DNA of 64,000 nt from Haplodiscus bocki. Lineage: Eukaryota. Below, one piece after another: positions 36,894-50,199 of this stretch; the stretch's first letter is position 1, and every line of letters begins with the position of its first letter. The DNA lies in NCBI GenBank assembly GCA_965655095.1, contig OZ296650.1, positions 122,512,001 to 122,576,000 on the forward strand. Direction: 5' to 3'. The notes below the pieces were generated by a model, which had not been told where the DNA came from, ran no database searches, and saw only the letters and a list, made by a program, of their open reading frames with translations. A program made the translations under genes and the position numbers.

Positions 36894-37724
36894 TAAAACA
36901 CTCTTTCCTAATCATCAGTTTTTAGTGGCAAAGCTTTTCTTCTTCACAATCAAATCTTAACATCTCTCGCTTGACAGATTATTTTGAAACTGTTGTTCAG
37001 TGTGTAAAAACGTTTACCAAATTAATTAGGTTGGTTAAATTGCTGTGTGGCAAGAGCTTGCGTCAATAGTTTTAAGAGTATGTGATCGTAAGATTTTAAC
37101 TACTAAAGTAGGTGTTCAGTTCCTACTCAAGAATAATAATTTTTCTCCGCAGGTCACTCTGATTGCCAGTTGGGACAAAATTAGGCTCGATAATAGTGAA
37201 CAAAATAATTGTCTCACAAAAGTTGTCCCTATTAGGGGATTTTTTTGTATTTGAGTGATTTCCTCAGGCATTATCTCTCTTTATGAGACGTAGTTCAATC
37301 TACTTGGAAAATAACTTCAGATAACCTATCTTTACCAGGAGAATTGCCCCAACAGAACGGTTTTCTGAGAGATTCTGTCGGCTCAGGAGTGGAACAATGT
37401 CCACTTGAATGACTTTCGGAGATGAAATTTTTTATGGAGAATTGTCTATAACTATTGACCGAGAACAACTTCACGTTGTTTGTGTTAAAATCTCAATTGC
37501 ACATCATTGTTGGAGTAAAATGGAATGTATTTCGCTTTCTGAGATGCCAATATGATTCACAGCTTTTTTTCCCTTAGAACCTTACATTCAACGGTTTTTC
37601 TTTTAAAAGTCTTTCCCTATGTGGTTTCAGATGGAACGAATATTTTGTTGTATTGGCGATAAAAAATAAAAAATTGTTCGTAAAAGAATTCACACAATAA
37701 ACTGAATCCAACAAATGAAATGGA
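36894..37724 (+). repeat. Segment B, duplicated at 38419-39249
   Basis: 831-bp direct repeat, offset 1525 bp (ORFs 37045 and 38570 are near-identical), roughly 19 differences counted by eye. Confidence 0.95.
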
Positions 37725-39182
37725 TGAAATCACTCTCAGGCGTTAAATCATTGCAAACTGTTGGATCAGTGTTTGGAAATTGAGCAAAACTAGTTCCAGT
37801 GACAAAAAATTCAACTGATTTTGAAAAACGCTGGGAATCTTTTCCTAGATGCTTATGGTGGTTCGACAAGCGTTTTAATTGGTTTAGAAAAATCTATAAA
37901 AAAATTCATCTGTTTCAGTCCACGAGCAAACAAAGTTCTCTTTTGGTAGTGCAAAATCGATTGCCAATGTAGCCAGCTAGAATGCAATTAACATACAAAA
38001 AGCAATAAAGAAGAGAAAACCACCCCACCAACGAATAAATCACCACTTGCCGCACTCCTGAGGAAAAACGTTTACCTACACTCTTTCTATAGATCTGCTA
38101 ACGAGACTGGGGTGAATATCGTCTCGCCCTCAGTTCAAGTAACGCCTAGACCCTGTTTACCCATCAATGTCTTTCAGTTGATCTTATTTTTCTTGTTGCC
38201 CCCCCAAATTGGTGATCGCTATGCATGAATTTACTAAAATTATAAGCACTTCGTTGATTTGAGAGTGATGTAATTCGAACCTTCATGTTAACTTACAAAA
38301 AGTTTTTCTCCGGATAGTTTTGTCTAGAGTCGCTTTGAGAAGTCTCTCATCAAAACGGATTTTAGTCCAGATTGATAAGGACTAAAATAAAACACTCTTT
38401 AAGGATAAAAAAAAAGGATAAAACACTCTTTCCTAATCATCAGTTTTTAGTGGCAACGCTTTTCTTCTTCACAATCAAACCTTAACATCTCTCGCTTGAC
38501 AGATTATTTTGAAACTGTTATTCAGTGTGTAAAAACGTTTACCAAATTAATTAGGTTGGTTATATTGCTGTGTGGCAAGAGCTTGCGTCAATAGTTTTAA
38601 GAGTATGTGATCGTAAGATTTTAACTACCAAAGTAGGTGTTCAGTTCCTACTCAAGAATAATAATTTTTCTCCGCAGGTCACTCTGGTTGCCAGCTGTGA
38701 CAAAATTAAGCTCGATAATAGTGAACAAAATAATTGTCTCACAAAAGTTGTCCCTATTAGGGGTTTTTTTTGTATTTGAGTGATTTTCTCAGGCATTATC
38801 TCTCTTTATGAGACGTAGTTCAATCTACTTGGAAAATAACTTCAGATAACCTATCTTTACAAGGAGAATTGCCCCAACAGAACGGTTTTCTGAGAGATTC
38901 TGTCGGCTCAGGAGTGGAACAATGTCCACTTGAATGACTTTCGGAGATGAAATGTTTTATGGAGAATTGTCTATAACTATTGACCGAGAACATCTTCACG
39001 TTGTTTGTGTTAAAATCTCAATTGCCCATCATTGTTGGAGTAAAATGGAATGTATTTCGTTTTCTGAGATGCCAATATGATTCACAGCTTTTTTTCCCTT
39101 AGAACCTTACATTCAACGGTTTTTCTTTTAAGAGTCTTTCCCTATGTGGTTTCAGATGGAATGAATATTTTGTTGTATTGGC

Positions 39183-39620
39183 GATAGAAAATAAAAAATT
39201 GTTCGTAAAAGAATTCACACAATAAACTGAATCCAACAAATGAAATGGAATAACTTAACGTAGTTTAAGCTGAAGTTTGACTTGTCTATCATCAATGGTT
39301 CTTTTTTCGGGGATGCTTACTTCCTGAGTTGCAACTCTGATTGACTGTTCCTTTTACGTTCATGTAAAACAGTCTTTCGTTTTATGGTACAATAATGCAG
39401 GGATTTACTATTGTACCATAAAACCAAAAACTGTTTCACATGAACGTAAAAGGAACAGTCAATCAGAATTGCAACTCAGGAAGTGAGCATCCCCGAAAAA
39501 AGAACCAAGGATGATAGACAAGTCAAACTTCAGCATTAACTACGTTAAGTTATTCCATTTCACTTGTTGGATTCAACTTATTGTGTGAAATTTTTTACGA
39601 ACAATTTTTTATCTTTTATC
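39183..39620. repeat. Long fold-back palindrome (~210-bp arms, 14-nt loop at 39395-39408)
   Basis: ...aaacagtctttcgttttatggtacaata-atgcagggatttac-tattgtaccataaaaccaaaaactgttt...; pairing continues outward with scattered mismatches. Confidence 0.95.
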
Positions 39621-39879
39621 TTTTGTTTTATGATCAACTGAATCAGTCTTCCTTTCATAGATTTTCCGTAAAGGGTACATTGTAATGAGTACCACTAGCT
39701 ACTAAAACTTCGCCACATTTCCTAAAGTTGCGCCAACCTTCATCTTTACTTCAGACTGTTCTGGTATATTACTATCCAAGAAAATCCTTACCCACTCCGG
39801 AGAGAAAAAAATACTTGTGATATTTATATCTCCCGAGCTCTGAGAAACCGTATTATACAGCAGCAAAAGTTACACTCCG

Positions 39880-42870
39880 TCGCAAACCTTTACTGTAATA
39901 ATTAACCCTACTTTTCAACAAAGTCACAAGTTGACTTGAATTATCACTTTGCCAAGAAGCATGCTGAAGCAACCTCTAGAGCAATCCACAAAGCTAAAAA
40001 TAGAGGGAAGTAGCTTTCCGGTCTAATTTCACTAGAGGTAAGGAACACTACCTAAAATGTTGAGAATTTCTGTCTCAATGGAGAGCTGGAAGCCTGTAAT
40101 TTCTTTCTCACATGTTTTGAGACGGAAAATGGAGGAAACAGAAACTTCAATCTGGAAAGATTACACTGGAAGCAAACTTTCCGTCGGAAGATTTAAATCT
40201 TGGTTTTGAAAGCATCAACTGTGTACCTCAGCTGATCGCAGAGTTCACATTAGGACTGATACTTTTTGAAAACGTGAGCTGTTGTCCTGACAACACAAAC
40301 GAAAACAGAATACAGTTGGAGCGATCTAGTTCTTTAGTTACGTAAAGAAAATCTGACGAAAATCATGAATCTGCCAAGGAACATCAACTTCACTGACGCG
40401 TGCAAATGCTAACCAGCCGACACAGAATTAAATTTTTGCAAGCCCACTAATGTGACACTTAATGGTACTTTACTGAGAACTGTTCCCTTTGGGACTAAAA
40501 ACGCAGTACTGCCAGAGCCACGATTGAAAAAGTCCTTCTGTCACTTATTCAGAAACGACAAAAGCACCTCAAAGCCTGTAAACGATACTTCATGTCTTTT
40601 GTCAGCTCTAGTACTGTTTTTGCATGGAAATAAGGGAACCGAGGTGGAACCTTTTAAAAATGTAAATCTTTTTTCTGCAATAGATTAGTGGAGCTAACCC
40701 GCGAGCTTGCAAGAGGCCTTCTCGAAAGATAATGCAACAGTTAAAGACATTTTACTAGTAAACTTTTCCTGTTCAGACCAGGCATTGTGGACGGGGCATT
40801 GATTGGTGGGCTTGCGAGGAAAAGTTTAGAAGCTTTCTACTGCTGTACAACTGTTACGTTATAATGGTCGTCATTACAAAATCCCGAGTGTTAACATGCT
40901 ACTTGAATCTCACTGATGTCGCTCAAAAGATCAATTTATCATAACATCTGCAAACTTGGAACGAAAAGACGACATGTCATGGGAATATTAAACACATTCT
41001 GCAAAAGAACCTGAATCAACTACGGGAAACATCGTCTGATGGACTGGATTTTTTGGGGATTCTCTCCACGGACAATCAAAAGCTCTTCAGGAAGCAGATA
41101 AAAATAGACCACGACTCAATTTGTGGGAAAGAAGACGGCTTTTTTGATACCAATATCACCACTTGGATCGGTGATCATTATCTGAAGCAAATCCTGCAAC
41201 CTGAGAGGAGTCCCATTTTTTTTGGTGCATCTCCAATCTGATGGACTGGGTTGAATCATTTATCTATGCTTTTCCTTAGTTAGGTACACAAGGTGAAAAT
41301 CAAATGCAATTGGTTTTTTTTTGGAAATTGAAACCATTGTGGAAGTAACATCGAATCATTTTTTCTCCATTCTTGACCAACGTTGTCTCAAAGACCAATT
41401 CATGGTTTTTGGACACAAGTGGATCGCACAAGATAACCAAGGTGCATAAACGGAGCTCTTACAAGTGCAGAAGAATCAACTTATTGATTTAAAGCATCTT
41501 TCGGAAAGCTTTCGTTTCAAGTTTTTTGTCTTTTCTCATTTTGATAAAAAAACTATATCTTGTCACTATAAGTACAGGACAAACAGATTGTAACAAAGGT
41601 GATCAAGAAGGCAAATCACTTTTTCTCGTTAAAGTTTGTAGGTATTGAATTGCTAGTTACATTGAATCCTTTCTGAGACACAACGAGCCCTGATTCATTT
41701 TTAACAGCCTTCCTCCATAGGGATGGTTTGATGATCCAGAAACGCTCCACAAAACACAAATGCTTCCTAGGGAAGTAATTTTGAAACAGACTGCCCGTCA
41801 ATATCGCCATTGAAATATAGGCTGCAGAATTCCGAAGCTCCTTAGACGGAGGCATGACAACCAACGAACCACTACCCAAGTTGAAATTGAGTCAGTCGAC
41901 TCCAACTGGACAAGAAGGTTACCAGTACTTTTCAATGGTTTCGGAACAAGAGAACATGTACACCTGTAAAGACTTCATATAGTCATATAACAAAAAAAAT
42001 TCCAAGCCAACGTGGGAAACTATGCAAAAGTGGCCCATTTTTTAAAAAAATGAAGAATTGACATTTGAAAGTCTGGATGCATTCTGTGGAATGTGACAAA
42101 AAAATTTCCTTCACAATTCTACAATCGCAAAAATTTATCCATTTGGAGGAAGTGACAAACAAGCGTTGAAAACAGCATGTGAAAACAAAGTTAGTGGTCG
42201 CTGCATTGCTCTCACGAAGTAAATTGTTTCAAACAAGATCGTTAGTTGCGACTCATTAAACAAATGCAAACCTACTGTTCAAAATGATGCTAGTCAAGAT
42301 TTTCCAAACTCTATGTGTCAAACGGTAGACTATATACAAGGTGAAATCTCGAGCCTAAATGGCAATTTTGAACGACCGCCCCCTCCCCCTCAAAAAAACA
42401 GGAACTTTAAAATTTGATATTGTTTCACTTTCAGAGAGTCAGATCACAAGGAGTCAGATCACAGGTTTTAATGGAGAGATTCTACACAACCGGCACGGAA
42501 AGAAAGGGTGGTGTTTTTAGCGCCGAAGGTTTTTTCGTTCTGTATGTTTGTGTTTGAGACTGTGTGTTAATAAAATCTCATTTGTTCTGATCAGGAAACA
42601 TGTCTTTCCTTCTTTGTCAGGACCTTCAATGAGGCCTAAAAAAGAGCTGGACCTACCACGGAAACAATCAATGGAAAAAAAGGCTAAAGCGGCGTTGAGA
42701 TTTACAAATGTCATTGCTGGAAATTGTACTAGACGAACAATATTGTTCAGCAGCATCTCCACGAAGCCCTGTTTCGCAAAAAAGCTCCCAGAGAAAAACG
42801 ATTTCCGAAAAAAAATCGAAAATAGGAGACTTTTGGTCATGTACAAAGTGATAAAGGGAAGCAACAGGAT
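39880..42870 (+). pseudogene. Protein-primed family B DNA polymerase (pPolB), C-terminally truncated
   Basis: FSTKSQVDLNYHFAKKH (half C2H2 finger), VPFGTKNAVLPEP...NDTSCLLSAL, YN...PTWETMQK, VSGRCIALTK, motif A NDASQDFPNSMCQ at ~42283, and PSLS...KKELD. Motifs B and C are not seen after ~42870. Confidence 0.82.
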
Positions 42871-43319
42871 CAGTTAGGATTCAGACGCAATGAACAAAAA
42901 ATTTGTGGATAGTCCTCTTCAGGTAACAGGTTGTCGAAAAAAACCCTGTTGAAAAACTTGAACCTTACACTGTTGGGGAAAACGTCCAAAACACCCAGAA
43001 ATACAAAACTTATCCCTCTCCTTGGCGTCAGGGCATCACAGATCGAAGAGTTGCGGCAGAACCATTTTTGAAGTTATTCTGCTGGTTTTGGTTCGTGATG
43101 AACTGGTTAGCAAAATTTGGAAAAAAAACATCAAAAATTCATATTTACAACACGGAGGCGAAGCCACACTTCGCAACATTTGTATCAAATGAACACTAAT
43201 GAGCCAATCGAATATTGAAAATTCCTCTTCCAAGCCGCCACGGTACTAGGAAAACTAAAACTTATTGTTTAAAAAGAAGTAAATTAAAGTCAGCTGATTC
43301 GTATATATAACCATACAAA

Positions 43320-44288
43320 CTAGTGTAACAAGTACGAGCGGCCACAGCCGTTAGTTCCCTTTATATTTGAAACACTTGTGGATGCTGGTACAATAGCCCC
43401 GTTAACAAATTTTTCCAACTGCTGGAGAACACTTGAACAAAATGTAGCAGTTATGCGAGAGCGCATGAACGAAAACTAGTTAATATGAGGATATATGCAC
43501 AAATGCAAGTTTTGAACGAATCTAAAAAAAACGAAGACTGTGAGATAACACTTGCCTGCGCAAAGGTACAGAACTACTTTGACAATAACTTTTTTCGGCT
43601 TTCTTGAAAAATGAAGACAAATAAAAAATTCGAAAAACATTTTTTGAATAAGAGCGCAAATTCCTAACAGGTAAGAAAAGGCAGAGTCATTGAGAAAAAA
43701 AGTGTCGAGAAATTTTGAACTCTGTTGAAATTACTTTCTTTCCGCTGTCATAAAAACAAAGATTAGATACTAGTTCAGGTTATTTTCGGAAAACGATTGT
43801 AAAAGGAATCAAACTCGCTCCCGATGCGCTACGAAACCACAGTGTCATATGTGTTGGACCATCCAGTGAAAATCTTTTTTAATTGTCAAATTTTTACACA
43901 TAATCAGAAATGTGCTTCGCAACACTTGCGCCGACGGAAAATTAGTGAACATATCATATCGACTAAGCATATTTGATTTTTGAAGAAAACACAGTACTAC
44001 GGAAACTTCTACTGACAAAAGTACAGAAACTCAGTTAGCTCTTATACGTTTAATTACAAGTAAGCAACGCTATAATCTTTCGCTTCATACTTTAAAAACA
44101 CTCATCCTCAAGCGGTTACGGCAGTCAAGTAGAGCATGCGACTGCCACCCGGACGGTCCCACATTCAAACCCTGAGCACTCTTTTTTCTTTGCTTGGTTA
44201 AATCTAGTCACAGGTGGCAATTTTCAACTAATCTGAAAAAAACTTATAACGTGTTATAACACTTGCTTTCGCAAGTGTCCTTATAATT
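43320..44288. mobile_element. Helitron/Helentron-like non-autonomous element, tentative
   Basis: On the minus strand a cggc-tgtg-gccg hairpin lies ~15 nt before CTAG|T (43320-43323). A perfect 8-bp hairpin acacttgc-tttc-gcaagtgt is at 44259-44278. Confidence 0.4.
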
Positions 44289-45029
44289 GTTTTCAGGCAA
44301 TTTTTTTCGCCTTTTTCAGACTTTTAGGGAATTGAAACCAAAGTCGGAGTACTTGATTATGTCGCAGAGTTTCAAAATTGAAAACGAAACTTAGGGAAAA
44401 TTTTTTCAAAATTCGAGAGTACTCCTTGTTACATAAAAAGGACATTTCTTGAAAGAAGGCAATAAAAACGGCAAATACGTTTATGGCAATCTGAAATTAA
44501 TTGGTTCTATACTGGGACCTTTGTTGTCCAAACCTTGCTCCTTGCGAATAAACACTGCACAAAAAGAAGTCAGGTAGGACGTCAAAAACCTGAAGCAGGA
44601 AGGAAGTTAATTTATTGAAAAAAATACCACAGAATTGACAAAGGAGCTAAATATTTTCTTTTTTTTTGTCAAAACTCCATTCTACGTATCCAGGGCATTC
44701 TTTTGAGCCATTTCCCCCCAATTTTCGAATGTTCTGCTTTTTTCGGTCTCCGAGTGAATTGTATTCTAAGTGTCCGGAGGCACGTCTTGAGCAGAAGTTT
44801 CACAGTTGATGCAACCAGAATTGGCAAATCACCGGAAAAAAGTCTATATAACGAATGATTTTCCTTTTGTAATATTTTACAAGAAATGAAACTTGGACAA
44901 TTCGATTAAAACATCGAAGATGTGCTTGACGGTTTTAGAAACACTACACAACCTTTCAATCAAAACGTCGTTCGACTATGTCAAATTGAGGCAAGTACCT
45001 GTCACAGTTTGTAATTTGATTTCAATCTT

Positions 45030-45230
45030 GCCTTTTCAGTTTACGCCACTTTGCTACCCAATGTTCACTATGTTAGCACAGTAAGAAAACGCGAGAATGA
45101 ACAAGAGCCTGACACAGTCTGATTCAAAAAATAGATTGTCAACCATGTCTTTTCAATTTACGCAATTTTGCTTCCCAATGTTTAAGAAAGTTTCACAGTA
45201 AACAATGCGAAAATGAACAAGTAACTGCAA
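45030..45230. repeat. Degenerate two-copy direct repeat (~120-bp period)
   Basis: cttttca(g/a)tttacgc..tttgct.cccaatgtt...cacagtaa...gcga.aatgaacaag occurs twice. Confidence 0.7.
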
Positions 45231-46922
45231 AAGAGTCCGTTTTTGACCGTTTACACACTAGATGACTAGGCTTTCTTATGCTGTCAAAAAAACGCAAGTT
45301 TTGGACAGGATAAAAACACTACGCATAAGCCGGTTCTTACACACATTTTCCCTTTCAGTCAGAATGTGTATAAACATAGCCTTCAAAGATGCGTTAATTT
45401 AGCTGTCAAGATTAGGTGCCAAGGGATTAGCATAGTCAAAGTTTACTTCACAGGCTGGTAGTTTTGGAAAAAAAAACGAGGAAATATCATGCAAAGAACG
45501 TTGACAAATACTCAGAAATTTGAATGACTGAGCGCCCATTCGAAAATAAACTGAATTATTTTGGTCAAACTCGAGCGTGAATTCAATAATTTCGCCGGCA
45601 TCGAAAGTGAATTGGATTACTTAGCTTCCTCCGAAAATGAAGGAAAATAAATGCAGATCTACAGTCACTAACAGATTAGTAGAAATAAATGAAATTCTCA
45701 TCCGAAAGGCTGTAATAAAAAAGCGTACAAACTATCTACTCGGTCCAAACTGCAGTATTCGTTTGCTGGGTTGTTCGCTGTCACATTTCTGTCAGATGTG
45801 AGCATAGAAAAAAGGAAAGCAAAATCAAACCTCAAGCATTCGCTGAATGCCTTAAAAACTATGTTTTAATCACTGAAAATGGAAATGAAGCAAAAACAAA
45901 TGGAATGGCGAAAAACGTCAATGATCACACTTCCATCAATGAAAACTCACAGTTTTTGCATGCCTCGCGGGTCTAAATGGATTTCTTGCACCCAACTGAA
46001 GCGCTTCTACCGATTCGAAGCCAAGATAATCATACTTGACCCAAACTCGATCTTTGAAAACAGTGATGTCTTGCTATCCATGCAATAAAACTCAAAATCG
46101 CATCACTCGAAAAATGTAGACACACAGTCGGCACCGTTTTCCAGCTTTGAATCTTTTTGGAAACTTTTTGTTCCAATATTTTCATTATACCTGAACTTTT
46201 TCCCCAAAATTTTTAGAATTCGAAGGTTTTGGGACAGATTCAAAGCTACAAAATTGTATCTGAAAGGTTTTCTGTATTATTTTTTGTTACCGAAGTTTTT
46301 GAGAACAACTTCAAATTCGTACAAAAAGTTCAAAATCAGGGTAGTCATAACTTTTCGAATGTTAAATCACGTTCAAAACATCACTTAAAAAATCTCGAAT
46401 TTTTTTCCCTTTTACTGTTCTGAAGAGTTATTGCACTGAGACGAAATGGGCTCCTAACTTGCTTAATATTTACTCAGTTCGCTTGACTAAAATCACTTCT
46501 GTAGTCAGGAAATAACTGCAACATTGTGAGTATATATATATATATTTCCGGCCAGTTTTCGCACCTGAATCAATTCCGATTAACCCTCGCTTTGCTAAAA
46601 AACATAAGTCATTCTCCAAGATCCACTGAGTAAAGTAGTGTTCGAAAACTTGCCGCCGATAACTCTCGGCCGTAAATTAGCCAATACAAATTTGGCTGAC
46701 AATTAAAACTTTTATTAGTTTTCTCATATATTAGAAGGGTGCAGAAGAAGTTTTGAAAGTCAGATTACACTGACATATTTCGGCTGAAAATATATCCGAG
46801 TTGCAAAAAAATCTGAATTTTACCTTTTGAAAATCCAAAAACCCCAATTTAATGAATGTAAATACTAAATTATAAACTCCAAAACATCATTTTCTCATTT
46901 TAATACTTTATAGAAAACAAAC

Positions 46923-47040
46923 TACCCAATTTTTTCGATTACAAGTCGCCCTCGAATATAAACTGTCCCCGATTAGTAACCGCGCCAAATTATTAAGGTT
47001 TTTGATACAAGCCGCGGCTTGTAATCGATGAAGTGCGGTA
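46923..47040. mobile_element. Small Tc1/pogo-like MITE with TA ends
   Basis: tacccaattttttcgattacaagtcgc versus the reverse complement of the right end, taccgcacttcatcgattacaagccgc. Internal palindrome tacaagccgcggcttgta. Confidence 0.6.
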
Positions 47041-50000
47041 TATCCGTTGCTTCAAGAGATTCTGGGGTACCTTTTTGAGTACATAGTACCCAAAAAGTCT
47101 TAAAACGGTGAAAATCGGGGCAAAAACGATACTTTATTCAAAATTGTTCAAGAATGCCATTTTCTAATCCGGCAGCAATGCCCGTAAAAAGTTCCAACAA
47201 AAAATATTGTAACCTAGACGAAAATGCAAGAAAATATTCTTCATAAAAATTTCTCCAACAACCAGCGTGCTTTAAGAAATTGATCTCTGAAAATACTTAG
47301 GGGCGATTTCATTTTAAAACTATTATAATTCATCTTCTCTGTATCATCTCGTAAGACTTGCGTACTAAACGAAACCACCTTTGGAAATTAAATTATTTGG
47401 ATTAAATTTACAATTTCGAACACGATATATACATTATTATACAAGTATTATAAGTCCTCTGGAGGCAGAATAAGTGAAATCTCACGGGACAGCAGTGGGA
47501 CAACGTACTGTTCGAAGTTTCAGTTTTTGCCCGACATGCTAGCTTGCTCTTTCTGCATAAAGTAGACCTCCATGTAGTTTGTGATTTCTGAATTGGCTCT
47601 GCCGAAGTACAGTCTCTGATCTTGTTTCTCTAACTTCACCTGAAAAACAACAAAAGCCCACTTTGAACTACCAATAACAATTTCAGACCCCCAGAAAAGT
47701 AGACTAATGTCAGCCGTATTAACTTTAACAAGACTATCATAACAGTTAGTGCTACTCGACAGCCTTTTTCATTGCACCCCCCCGTCCCAAGTAAATTTTT
47801 GCAAATCAACAAACAAAAATTACATAAAAGGTCTTGAAGGTTTTTAATTGAAAACCATTCGCCATCACAATACGACGATACCAGCTGCCGGTTCAGTTGG
47901 CGAATTGAGCACTTTTGACAAACTTTTGACTGTTTGTGAAACCCAGAAGTATTTAATATGACTTGAGATAGAAGCATTGCTCGATTTTAATTTGGACTGA
48001 ATAGTTTGCTGAAAATATTTAAGTTGAATTTTTTCTTGACTTCTGAAAGCCTGGAGTAATTAAACCGTGATTTAACAGCGCTCAAACCATTACGTTAAAT
48101 TTCTACATACTCCCATATTTGATATTATACGAGAGACCCACTGCTTTCGCTACGTTCAGCCACTACCAAAACCAAATATCAAGTTCTCTAAAAGAGTTTG
48201 CATGGAGGCTTTACATGTTTGTAGTAGGCGCTTCCATTTAAGAACAAGCCGAGAAAGCACAGAGTCGGCGCTGCTCGTGAGACCCAAAATATTCCTACTT
48301 TTGGTTTTTGAAAGTTTAGTATTTTCGGAACCAAATAGTGAACAAAAAAGGGGTTCCACCATATTGTCTCAATGTCAAAACTTTTACCAGCTGGACTCTT
48401 CGGAATGCTTTTTTACCGACTGGCAAACTCATTTATTCAATAGTACAAAAAAATAGTATACGCCTGATCGAAATTAAAAACGAGGGTATGACGAAAAATT
48501 ATCTTTTTGTGAGAAACGTTTGGTGTTTCGATTAAAAAACAAGACTCCCAGAAAACTTTAATTTTGAGTTTTTTCCCGAAGAAATTGTGGTTTGCAAACG
48601 GGAGGAGTCGCGAAAAAATTTTGGTTCATGACTTTTCGGAAATTTAGCTCGTATATCTGAAGAGGTGCGAAAAAGCAAAAAAAATCCCAGTTTTCTCGTA
48701 GCATCCTCACCTATGGGCAATTTTCTAATAAGTGAATCAAATCCAAGTGAGTCCCCTGTCAAACGGAAAAAACATTCGGCCTTTTTAAATGAAAATAAAC
48801 GTCAAACATGAAGTGCCGCACAATTACTGTGCAGCTTTTATCAGAGCAGATTCGACGAGAAAAAATCGGTGTTTTGTGCAAAGTTCCAAATGAAAATTGG
48901 TCGAACAAGAAAACCCTAAACCCCAACCAACCAGCACAGGAAAAGTCTTTTAAAACATCAAAGGGTCCCCTATTGTTTAGAAAAATTGTGATATTCCCTA
49001 TAGTTACGCTCAGTTTAGTTTTGAAAAACTCACCCTACCAGTATGTTCACACTTACACGCGCTGTTGCATTCCCCTGTTCAGCGTTTTGTACTTTACCTC
49101 CCAACTTTGTGAAAAATTTTATATGATGCACGTGAATTTTTATTAGCATTAATGTATGTTTGCAGCAGAAACATTTCACAGAATTGATCCATTGAATATA
49201 TTAAAATCTTAACGCAAGACATATCTAAAAATTCAAAAAAAAACATTTTACGCAGCATATAAAAATGTCAACCCACCGTTCTCATTCTCACGGTAATCAA
49301 AGCTTAGTTAGATTTAGTACTTATAATCTGGTTCGGAAAAAATGAATCAACACTTTCAATTGAATACGTGTTCGCTTTTTCGAGCATTATTAATCTTAGA
49401 CTAGCCAAAAATGGCCAGAGTCGGCGCCTCTCTAAGGCTCAAAATACTCGTAGGGGAGCACTTAATGTGTTGAATAGTTTTGGTCATTCCAAGAAACGTC
49501 TATATAGTAAAGGGAAGGTAATAAATCCCTAGATTTTCTACCAACATTGTCGCAGCATTTCCGGGCGGATAGTTGAGAGTGGATTCGAGTTAAATCACAT
49601 TATTTGTAACAATGAAGTGTCTAAAGTTTAATCATTTTGTCGAGGTAGGCTTATAATGGAATTTGGCGGACATATGCAGGAGCAAAAAAACCATGCACCG
49701 TAATTTGACACAATTGCAAAATATCCGAGTGACGGTAATCGCAGGATGACTGGGGGTGGGGGGGGGGGGGGTTCTTCAAGAAAAATGATAAGGCGTTATA
49801 ACGAAAGCTTGTGTGCTGGCCTCCCGAAAATTTTCCCCAAACGTATTGCAAATGTGGTATCGCGATAACCTTCGGCTTGCTTTCTGAAAAATTTCCGGTA
49901 CATGCAAAGTAGGGTATTACGCATATTAGTTAGGTTAGGTTGTTACCATATATTAGGTGAGTCGGTTCGAAGTGAGAACCCACTGTAAAATTCGGCCTCT

Positions 50001-50199
50001 TTATCCATTTGAAGTCCTATACTTCGCGCTATCGACTTTCTGAGAAAGAGTAGTTCTTGGTTTTGAGATCATTCTCCTCCTGTAAGCAATTTTCGTTTTA
50101 TTCTCATTCAAATTGTGTTTGGTTCCATTCAATTTTGGTTAATCCGTTGGGAGCCATGGTCGAATACCGCTCCGCTGAACCGTTCAAAAAGCCATTAAA

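Larger units (their letters stand above)
21600..42900. mobile_element. Degenerate Maverick/Polinton (adintovirus-like) endogenous viral element; ends not identified
   Basis: Collinear relics of protease, major capsid, core, minor capsid, integrase and ATPase on the minus strand, and pPolB on the plus strand. No TIR or 6-bp TSD found. Confidence 0.88.

Noticed and set aside
47440-48360. Possible host exons or Cys-containing ORFs on the minus strand (acceptor-like tttttcag near 47640)
   Set aside because: No recognisable family, stops in all frames, and no consistent exon chain could be built.
49925-49945. (TTAGG)2 telomere-like motif and a nearby G-run
   Set aside because: Too short; such motifs are common inside non-autonomous DNA transposons.
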